15,301 bases of DNA from Chroococcidiopsidaceae cyanobacterium CP_BM_ER_R8_30 (GTDB lineage: Bacteria; Cyanobacteriota; Cyanobacteriia; Cyanobacteriales; Chroococcidiopsidaceae), in assembly GCA_019244235.1 (NCBI GenBank), contig JAFASY010000118.1, positions 1-15,301 on the forward strand, read 5' to 3'. A program made the position numbers and the translations under genes. Positions 1-7,706 of this stretch are shown piece by piece (within the stretch, counting starts at the first letter, position 1; each line of letters begins with the position of its first letter). The notes beneath the pieces were generated by a model. The model saw nothing but the letters and a program-made list of their open reading frames with translations, searched no databases and was not told where the DNA came from.

Positions 1-1080
<1,080 letters not shown>

Positions 1081-1091
1081 CCCCTAAACCT

Positions 1092-1505
1092 ATGACTTTA
1101 ACTGTTCGTGTTGTCTCGCCAGACAAAACCGTTTGGGATGCTACAGCTGAAGAAGTGATCCTGCCAAGCACCACTGGTCAACTGGGTATCCTCAGCGGAC
1201 ATGCGCCGCTTTTGACTGCCCTAGATACTGCTGTCATGCGAGTCCGCCCCAGTCAGAAATCGGATTGGGTGGCGATCGCTCTGATGGGTGGGTTTGCTGA
1301 AGTCGAAAACGACGAAGTAACAATTCTTGTTAATGGCGCTGAGCGCGGCGAGAGCATTGACCTAGAGCAAGCTCGTTCTGCCTACACAGAAGCCGAAGCT
1401 CGTGTCAATCAAGTTCAGGGCGGCAATCGCCAAGAACAAATCCAAGCAACGCAAGCTCTCAAACGCGCTCGCGCTCGCTTTCAAGCCGCTGGCGGTATGG
1501 CTTAA
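1092..1505 (+). CDS. atpC: F0F1 ATP synthase epsilon subunit
   Basis: 137 aa starting 11 nt after the atpD stop. The N-terminus [17 protein letters not shown]…[22 protein letters not shown] is the typical F1-epsilon beta-sandwich, followed by a helical C-terminus. This is the classic beta-epsilon operon arrangement (atpE in cyanobacterial naming). Confidence 0.92.
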   Translation: MTLTVRVVSPDKTVWDATAEEVILPSTTGQLGILSGHAPLLTALDTAVMRVRPSQKSDWVAIALMGGFAEVENDEVTILVNGAERGESIDLEQARSAYTEAEARVNQVQGGNRQEQIQATQALKRARARFQAAGGMA

Positions 1506-1534
1506 CGAGAGCGCCTTTACTTCCAACTAAAAGG

Positions 1535-1566
1535 CTCCTTCTAGTTCATACTAGGGGAGTTTTTTT
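1535..1566 (+). terminator. Rho-independent terminator of the atpD-atpC operon
   Basis: Stem CTCCttCTAG / CTAGgGGAG, about 9 bp with one bulge, around a 6-nt loop (ttcata). It is followed immediately by a T7 run at 1560-1566, 30 nt after the atpC stop. Confidence 0.65.
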
Positions 1567-1763
1567 GCTAGCCAAGAGTTTGGGAAAAAGTTAAGAATTT
1601 AGCTGAATTTTTTTAGGAATGCTAGGCTTAAAACAAGTAGAGAAAAGTATTGCAATCCTAGGAAAGGATGCATGAGACTCTTTACTTAGAAGCCGCACCA
1701 TTTTCCTCAGCAAGTGGTTGCAACTAAGTGGTGAATCGGTTTCAATTACCTAAACTCCTCAAT

Positions 1764-3899
1764 ATGAGAATTTTTGAAAATTCTGTTCGTTTACCTCAGT
1801 GCTCCAAAGCCTTGGGGCTAACTGCCTCTATCCTAGCTTCCATGACTGTTGCTGGTGGTATTCAGGCCATTGCCCCAAAACCATCTGTTGCCGCCAAACC
1901 AGAGCAAATAACTGTTAACGCCAACACCCTAAAAACAGGCTCGGCGCTAGACAAACAAGCGAGCGCGGAGCCTAAGACTGACATGCAACTTGAGACGATG
2001 CAAATGTCACTTGGTGGACCAATAACAGTTGCGATCGCTGGCGGCGCTATCAGCGTCATCATATTTGTCCCTCTATTTTTAGGTGGACTGGTCGTCATTA
2101 GCGAACGGGAAGTCGGCATTGTTGTGAAGAAATTTTCTCTTGCTGGTCGTAGCCTGAGCGCTGGACGGCTGATTGCCTTGGAGGGAGAAGCTGGATATCA
2201 AGCCGATACTCTTGCTCCTGGCTGGCACTGGGGCTATTGGCCTTGGCAATACTCAGTGCGCAAAGAGCCTGTGATTGTTGTTCCTCAAGGTGAAATTGCT
2301 CTACTAGTTGCAGCAGATGGTGCCTCCAACCCACTCGAACGAATTCTAGGTAAGGTTGTACCTTGCGACAACTTCCAATCCGGCCGCAAGTTCTTCACCC
2401 AAGGTGGGGAAAAAGGTCGTCAAATGGGTTTTCTGACTGCTGGCACGTACCGGATTAATACCGCCTTATTTAAGGTGATTACGGCAGCAAACGCTAGTGC
2501 AATGGGGATGAAACCAGAACAGTTGCAAGTGTACAGCGTAGCTTCCGATAAAGTCGGTATCGTCACGACATTAGATGGCAAGCCCATCCCAGAAGGTGAG
2601 ATTGCTGGTCCCATTATCCCCGAACACGATAACTTCCAGAACGGTCAAAAATTCCTAGAGGGCGGTGGGCGACGCGGCTTGCAGGAGCAGATTTTACTTT
2701 CAGGCTCTTGGAACTTAAATCCTTGGTTTATTAACGTTGAGCAAGTTCCCATGACCGAAATTCCCATCGGTTACGTTGGGGTAGTGGTTTCTTTCGTAGG
2801 GGATGCCCAGGTTGATGTCAGTGGTGCTGCCTTCACTCACGGGAATTTGGTGAATTCTGGTTACAAGGGGGTGTGGGTTGAACCCCTCTATCCAGGCAAA
2901 CACCCGCTGAACACGCGGATTATGAAAGTTGAACTCGTGCCAACCATTAACATTGTGTTGAACTGGTCAGGGCGCACAGAGCGGCATAAATACGATGCTA
3001 ATCTCGCTGCTTTGACTGTGCGCTCTAAAGATGGGTTCGCCTTCGATCTGGAAGTGTCGCAGATTATCCATGTCGGTGCTTTGGACGCTCCGAAGGTCAT
3101 TTCTCGTGTGGGTTCAATGCAAAATCTAGTGGATAACGTGCTAGAACCTAGCATTGGTAACTATTTCCGCAACTCCGCCCAAGATTATACTGTACTGGAC
3201 TTTCTCAATGCCCGTAGCGAACGACAAGCTGAGGCAGCTGAGTATATTAAAGCAGCACTGCGGAGTTATGATGTGCAGGCAATTGATACCCTAATTGGCG
3301 GGATTCAGCCACCAGAGACATTAATGGCAACGCAAACACAGCGCAAGCTGGCGGAGGAGGAACGCAAGACGTATGAAGTTCAACAAATGGCTCAGACGCA
3401 GCGTCAGCAGCTAGTCCGAGAGACTGCACTAGCTGAGATTCAGCAAGAAATGGTCAAATCGGAGCAGAGTGTAAGAATTGCCGAACTCAAAGCTAACGCT
3501 CAGATCAAACAAGCAACTGGTGAGGCAGAGGCAACGAAACTGCGAGCAATTGGTGAAGCGGAGGGTATTCGCGCCACGGGTCAAGCGAGGGCAGAAACCT
3601 ACCATGCTGGGGTAGAAGCTCTGGGGTCGCGCGGTTACACAGCAATGCAGCTAATGCAGATTATAGGTGAACGTAACGTGCGCCTGATTCCAGATGTCTT
3701 AGTTGGCAACAATGGCAATAGTAATGGCTTAGTAGATGGTCTACTGACGATGTTGCTGTGGAATCAGACTGGTCATCAACCCAACGGCAAGCACAACAAT
3801 GGCTTAACTCAGCCCACGACGCCAACAGAATCAGTCGTCCCGTTAGATAGCAACTCCCCTGTGGTTGTTGATTTTCCAACAGCTAAGGAGAGTAGCTAA
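1764..3899 (+). CDS. Flotillin-like SPFH/band-7 family membrane protein. Start uncertain: the longest ORF begins with GTG at 1728, the first ATG is at 1764, and a minimal flotillin start would be ATG 1983.
   Basis: TM segment ITVAIAGGAISVIIFVPLFLGGLVVI is followed by ISEREVGIVVKKF and then an SPFH-like core. Next comes a long Q/E/A-rich coiled coil (…QTQRQQLVRETALAEIQQEM…KQATGEAEATKLRAIGEAEGIRATGQARAE…), typical of the flotillin C-terminal region (YqiK/FloT-like). The C-terminal tail is N/G/T/P-rich. The stop TAA is at 3897-3899. Confidence 0.8.
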   Translation: MRIFENSVRLPQCSKALGLTASILASMTVAGGIQAIAPKPSVAAKPEQITVNANTLKTGSALDKQASAEPKTDMQLETMQMSLGGPITVAIAGGAISVIIFVPLFLGGLVVISEREVGIVVKKFSLAGRSLSAGRLIALEGEAGYQADTLAPGWHWGYWPWQYSVRKEPVIVVPQGEIALLVAADGASNPLERILGKVVPCDNFQSGRKFFTQGGEKGRQMGFLTAGTYRINTALFKVITAANASAMGMKPEQLQVYSVASDKVGIVTTLDGKPIPEGEIAGPIIPEHDNFQNGQKFLEGGGRRGLQEQILLSGSWNLNPWFINVEQVPMTEIPIGYVGVVVSFVGDAQVDVSGAAFTHGNLVNSGYKGVWVEPLYPGKHPLNTRIMKVELVPTINIVLNWSGRTERHKYDANLAALTVRSKDGFAFDLEVSQIIHVGALDAPKVISRVGSMQNLVDNVLEPSIGNYFRNSAQDYTVLDFLNARSERQAEAAEYIKAALRSYDVQAIDTLIGGIQPPETLMATQTQRKLAEEERKTYEVQQMAQTQRQQLVRETALAEIQQEMVKSEQSVRIAELKANAQIKQATGEAEATKLRAIGEAEGIRATGQARAETYHAGVEALGSRGYTAMQLMQIIGERNVRLIPDVLVGNNGNSNGLVDGLLTMLLWNQTGHQPNGKHNNGLTQPTTPTESVVPLDSNSPVVVDFPTAKESS

Positions 3900-6295
3900 T
3901 GATTCAAACGCGAACTAACTACTCGATTCCGTCCCTCGACCTTAGCTTGGTAAAGTGCAGCATCAGCATTGTGATAAAGCACTTGCAGCTCTGTCCCATT
4001 TGCTGGAAACTCAGCCATCCCGCCGCTGAAAGTGACCTGGAACTTCTGACCACTAGCACTGGTAAACTCCTGCTGATACATTGCTCGTTGTAACTGCATG
4101 ATTCGAGCTTGGCTCTGTTGTTGAGTTGCACCATATAAACCAACAACAAACTCCTCACCGCCCCAACGAGCTATGACATCTTCACTCCGGAAATTCTGCT
4201 GCAATAGTGTTCCGAATTGCCGCAGCACTTGGTCGCCAGCTTCATGACCGTACCGATCATTAATCAGTTTAAAATGATCCAAATCTAAAATCACGAAGCA
4301 CAAAGGTTGTCTTTGACGCTCAGCTAGGTGCAACAACCGCGTTAGTTCGGAAATAGATTTCCGGCGATTAGCAATACCAGTCAAAAGATCTGTCTCTGCC
4401 AGTCTTCGCAGCCTGTGCGTTCGTTCCAGTCGATTGAGTATACGGGCCACCAATTCTGGTCCTACAACTGGCTTACTCACATAGTCATCTGCACCTGCTG
4501 TAAACACCCGATTGACAGTTTCTGGATCGCTATAAGCAGACAGAAACAGCACGGGTAATTCACTCCACTGAGAATCATTGCGCACGACTCGGCAGAGGTC
4601 AATGCCGCTCAACTGAGGCATCTCAAAATCGAGAATCAGTAAGTCAGGGTGAGATTGCTTCAATACAGTCCAAAACTGCTGAGGATCGTGCAGCAAAGTG
4701 AGTTGGAATCCCCAAGGCAAGAGTAAGGTCCGCAGCCTGTCCAACATCTGCAGATCATCGTCTACAATCATAATGTGGGCTAGTACAATGTCTGGCTGCT
4801 GTAGCGTCTGGCTAACTGTTGCCAGTATAGCAGCAGGGACTATAGGTTTTTGTCCCCAAATTTGTCCCCCCAGACGAGCAACTTGCACTCGATAGACGAA
4901 ATCTTCTTCAGCCATCAACACCAGCACTGGCAAAGTTGGACGACTGACCGCTAGTTCTGCCAACAGCTCTAAACTACTCGTAGCTATCCAGTCGAGCAGC
5001 ACGATATCTGGACATTTTGCTGCAATCGCTTCTCTAGCTTGAGTGAGCGTGACAACCTCTGCTTGAATTCCCCAGATCCTAGCCTCTCTAGCTAACTGCG
5101 CACCCAACTGGGCATCATTGACTACAATCAGCAGGCGAGGCTGTTTAATAGTAGGACTCAGAGGAGCAGGCGATTCTAAAGATGGAGCTGCTTGTTCTAG
5201 TTCTTGTCGTAACGCCACAGCCAGTTGCTCAAGACGTTTAACGTGAGCTTGGCTCCGTTTGACGAAGCTCATAGCGTGCTCAAAAGAGGAAACCTCGGTC
5301 CCTTGTTCGTTGACTCCAGCTCGAAAAATCTGTTCAATCTCTCGGGCGAGCCGCGAGGCTTCAGCCAAACCAAAGCTAGCCAATGACCCGATAAGTAGAT
5401 GCGCTGTTTGTTGTGCCTGCTGTGCCTGTTCTACCTTTAATGTCCCCGCCATCAGAGCTGCAATTGCTTGTTCTATAACCTTGGCGTGAGCGCCGTATTT
5501 GGGCTGAAACCGCTGCCAAATAGCAGCTAGTGCTGAGGGGATTTTTGATTCGGATGGAGCACCTACCGTGGCAGAACCGCTCAAAGAGAGTTGAGAGCTA
5601 ACTGTGGCTGGATGTTCAACTTCTGCCCCTAATTTTATCCGATACCCTAAACCGTAGACTGTCTCAATCAACACATCCGCTCCAGATTGCTTCAGTTTCT
5701 GCCGTAGAGCCTTGATATGTGTCCTGACGGTATTTTCGGTAGGAGCTATCTCCAATGGCCAGAGATGGTCGAGTAGCAGTTGTTGGCTAAATATCCGATG
5801 ACTATTACGTAGGAGCAGCTCCAGTAGAGCATACTCTTTAGCCGTTAGATGCAGCAGTTGGTCAGCGCAAGTTACCCGACAGCTACTGGTGTCAATCCTG
5901 ATGTTTCCTGCCTCAAGTACAAAGGGGCGAGCCGAACTGCCTCGCCGCAGCAAAGCCCGAATCCGAGCTAATAACTCCTGACTATCAAAAGGCTTGACAA
6001 CATAATCATCAGCTCCAGCATCTAAGCCAATGACTTTGCTTGTACTAGTTTCTAAAGCTGTCAAGAGCAGCACTGGAGTGTTATTTCTGCTCTGCCGGAG
6101 CTTGCGGCAAAACTCTATACCATCTAATTTTGGTAGTAGGATATCTAACAGAATTAGATTGTAAGAAAATGCTGCTGCTAATTCCAGTCCAACCTGACCA
6201 TCCTTCGCCGTATCAACTATGTAATTGTGGGCTGTGAGAGTGTTTTTTAGCACCTCAGCACTGCCTATCTCATCTTCAATTAGCAGAATTTTCAT
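3896..6295 (-). CDS. Multi-domain response regulator / diguanylate cyclase: REC, OmpR-type winged-helix, Hpt, REC, REC, GGDEF
   Basis: 799 aa with ATG at 6295-6293. aa 1-120 form a canonical receiver (…LILLD51…, …KPF…). aa ~125-221 form an OmpR/PhoB trans_reg_C winged helix (…TAKEYALLELLLRN…VRTHIKALRQKL…YGLGYRI). aa ~262-360 are Hpt-like (…QTAH299LLIGSLASFGLAEAS…). aa ~386-497 form a second receiver (D435), and aa ~506-620 a third (IVDDD, D556, S586, K608). aa ~632-793 form a GGDEF domain with RSED(703-706)-x5-GGEEF(712-716). Confidence 0.9.
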   Translation of the reverse strand: MKILLIEDEIGSAEVLKNTLTAHNYIVDTAKDGQVGLELAAAFSYNLILLDILLPKLDGIEFCRKLRQSRNNTPVLLLTALETSTSKVIGLDAGADDYVVKPFDSQELLARIRALLRRGSSARPFVLEAGNIRIDTSSCRVTCADQLLHLTAKEYALLELLLRNSHRIFSQQLLLDHLWPLEIAPTENTVRTHIKALRQKLKQSGADVLIETVYGLGYRIKLGAEVEHPATVSSQLSLSGSATVGAPSESKIPSALAAIWQRFQPKYGAHAKVIEQAIAALMAGTLKVEQAQQAQQTAHLLIGSLASFGLAEASRLAREIEQIFRAGVNEQGTEVSSFEHAMSFVKRSQAHVKRLEQLAVALRQELEQAAPSLESPAPLSPTIKQPRLLIVVNDAQLGAQLAREARIWGIQAEVVTLTQAREAIAAKCPDIVLLDWIATSSLELLAELAVSRPTLPVLVLMAEEDFVYRVQVARLGGQIWGQKPIVPAAILATVSQTLQQPDIVLAHIMIVDDDLQMLDRLRTLLLPWGFQLTLLHDPQQFWTVLKQSHPDLLILDFEMPQLSGIDLCRVVRNDSQWSELPVLFLSAYSDPETVNRVFTAGADDYVSKPVVGPELVARILNRLERTHRLRRLAETDLLTGIANRRKSISELTRLLHLAERQRQPLCFVILDLDHFKLINDRYGHEAGDQVLRQFGTLLQQNFRSEDVIARWGGEEFVVGLYGATQQQSQARIMQLQRAMYQQEFTSASGQKFQVTFSGGMAEFPANGTELQVLYHNADAALYQAKVEGRNRVVSSRLNH

Positions 6296-6536
6296 TGCAT
6301 CTGCGCTCTGAATTGCCGTTAACTTTAGCTGAGAGTCAAGTTTCCTAAGCTTCTGCTACCTTCTCCACAAAATCTACACATCTTCTTCTTAAACTTATCA
6401 TAAGCATCTTTAAAGGGGAAGCTATTCTTTTGATTCAAGAGTTAATGTTGCAATTTGTGACAGCAGCTCTATGAGAGATTCATTCCTTTAGGAGAAGGGT
6501 TACAGCGATTCTTACTAAATATGTTGGAGCTTTAAA
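6296..6536. promoter_or_regulatory. AT-rich divergent intergenic region. It must contain the promoters for the minus-strand RR-GGDEF gene and the plus-strand small coiled-coil ORF.
   Basis: 241 bp non-coding on both strands, markedly A+T-rich relative to flanking genes. GGAG sits 7 nt upstream of ATG 6537. No promoter hexamers could be assigned with confidence. Confidence 0.4.
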
Positions 6537-6938
6537 ATGTCTTATAAGAGCAATAGCATTAAGAGTCGGGTTTCAAGGCAGAGCACAACCGAATTTGATA
6601 AAAATCGGGAATTTGAAGAAACAATAGAGATTTTGAAAGCACAAATAGAGAGCTTGCAGCTAGAGCTGTGTTATAAGAATCACGAACTGGAAGCAATGCA
6701 ACAAGAGTTGAAGTATACAAACCAGGAGTTGTGTGCTGCCATAAACTCAAAATCACTGAATTTGGCTAAGGCTGAGGAGTTAGTTCAAGAATTCTTAGCA
6801 GCCGAAAAGTTTATTAAGGGGGTTTTAGTTGAACTGCTCACTGCTACATATCCTGTCAAACCAAATATTTTGGTGCAAGTAGACATGTTCCGCTTTAGAA
6901 ATCAGTGTGAGAGGATTGAGTTCAAGGACGCTGCTTAA
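6537..6938 (+). CDS. Hypothetical small coiled-coil protein (133 aa). It has heptad xxEL repeats and a short segment resembling the N-terminal strand of a PAS fold.
   Basis: ATG preceded by GGAG (6526-6529) with a 7-nt spacer. The ORF is low-GC (~38-40%) compared with neighbours. Residues 28-75 form a clean heptad pattern (IESL QLELCYK NHELEAM QQELKYT NQELCAA). No recognisable enzymatic motif. Confidence 0.55.
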   Translation: MSYKSNSIKSRVSRQSTTEFDKNREFEETIEILKAQIESLQLELCYKNHELEAMQQELKYTNQELCAAINSKSLNLAKAEELVQEFLAAEKFIKGVLVELLTATYPVKPNILVQVDMFRFRNQCERIEFKDAA

Positions 6939-7020
6939 AAAGCGCTTTTATCAGTGATTCTTAAGAATTTTCACGCATTCAGTCATATCTAAGTCTGGCA
7001 ATTCTTGACTTTAAAGTTGG

Positions 7021-7038
7021 GCTGAATCACCATTCAGC
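7021..7038. promoter_or_regulatory. Perfect 7-bp inverted repeat GCTGAAT-cacc-ATTCAGC upstream of the CheB-like gene. Candidate operator or 5'-leader hairpin.
   Basis: Read directly: 7021 gctgaat cacc attcagc 7038. It lies 75 nt upstream of the proposed ATG 7113 and 5 nt upstream of the alternative GTG 7044. Confidence 0.35.
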
Positions 7039-7112
7039 TTCAGGTGCAAGCTAAAGATGAATGGCTGACGAAGACAAGACCCTATTGGGCAAGGATGCCA
7101 GACGGAGAAACT

Positions 7113-7706
7113 ATGTTTGGAGGACAACTGGTAATTGTTATCGGCGGCTCCGCCGGGTCAATCGAGCCACTATTGCTTCTCGCCCAAAGTTTGCCAGCTA
7201 ACTTAACCGTCGCCATCTTTATTGTGGTCCACACACCAGCCAATAGACCAGACTTTTTGCCAGAACTGCTACAGCGTCGGACACAGTTTTCAGTTGCACA
7301 TGCTGTAGATGGAGCGGTGATCCAACCCAGACACATCTACATTGCTCCCCCAGACCGTCACCTGCTGGTTAAACCGGGCTACATGCGCGTGGTTTTGGGA
7401 CCAAAGGAGAACAGATGTAGACCTGCTATCGACCCATTGTTTCGGACAGCGGCTAGAGCTTACGGTCAGCGGGTCGTTGCTATCGTGCTTTCTGGTGCCC
7501 TGTGGGACGGAACAGCTGGACTGGTTGAGGTCAAAGCGCAGGGTGGGGTGACGATAGCTCAGGACCCTCAAGAGGCGACCGTTTCTAGCATGCCCCAAAG
7601 CGCCATCACCTCTGGAACCGCCGAGTATATCCTGGCCATAGCCGAGATCGCACGCTTCTTAGTCGAGCTAGTGCACTCATCAGTGCTGAAAACGGAGGAG
7701 TCATGA
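7113..7706 (+). CDS. Stand-alone CheB-type protein-glutamate methylesterase catalytic domain, with no receiver domain. The longest ORF starts with GTG at 7044; ATG 7113 is preferred.
   Basis: VIVIGGSAGS (Ser nucleophile motif), …FIVVHTP… (His), …VLSGALWDGTAG… (Asp), plus DRHLLV and GPKENRCRPAIDPLFR. These match the CheB methylesterase fold and the paralogue at 11399. ATG 7113 has an aGGAGaaact spacer and aligns with the N-terminus of the 11399 paralogue (MLKPDIVVIGASAGG vs MFGGQLVIVIGGSAGS). The stop TGA overlaps the next ATG (ATGA at 7703-7706). Confidence 0.85.
   Translation: MFGGQLVIVIGGSAGSIEPLLLLAQSLPANLTVAIFIVVHTPANRPDFLPELLQRRTQFSVAHAVDGAVIQPRHIYIAPPDRHLLVKPGYMRVVLGPKENRCRPAIDPLFRTAARAYGQRVVAIVLSGALWDGTAGLVEVKAQGGVTIAQDPQEATVSSMPQSAITSGTAEYILAIAEIARFLVELVHSSVLKTEES

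Noticed and set aside
1862-3879. Several 60-88-aa minus-strand ORFs nested in the flotillin gene
   Set aside because: All lie entirely inside the 723-aa SPFH/flotillin ORF on the opposite strand. No start context or domain signal. They are treated as frame shadows of a GC-moderate coding region.
3899-5489. Plus-strand ORFs 3899-4093, 4698-4895 and 5259-5489, and minus 3919-4158, overlapping the RR-GGDEF gene
   Set aside because: They overlap a well-supported multi-domain protein. Their Cys- and Ser-rich compositions are typical of antisense translation. 3919-4158 is an out-of-frame same-strand overlap.
6937-6948. AAAAGCGCTTTT immediately after the 133-aa ORF stop as an intrinsic terminator
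   Set aside because: A perfect 12-nt palindrome cannot form a hairpin with a viable loop. The best fold is a 3-bp A:U stem, so it is not a credible terminator. It is retained only as a possible protein-binding dyad.
7082-7598. ORFs 7082-7336(-), 7290-7598(-) and 7342-7551(+) inside the CheB-like gene
   Set aside because: They are shadow ORFs within a gene whose frame is validated by catalytic-motif conservation and paralogue colinearity.
7650-7706. Programmed -1 ribosomal frameshift joining the CheB-like ORF to the Zn-ribbon ORF
   Set aside because: The -1 frame is open across the junction, but there is no X-XXY-YYZ slippery heptamer (the closest is g-aaa-acg) and no obvious downstream stimulatory structure. 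ATGA coupling or a simple indel are more parsimonious.
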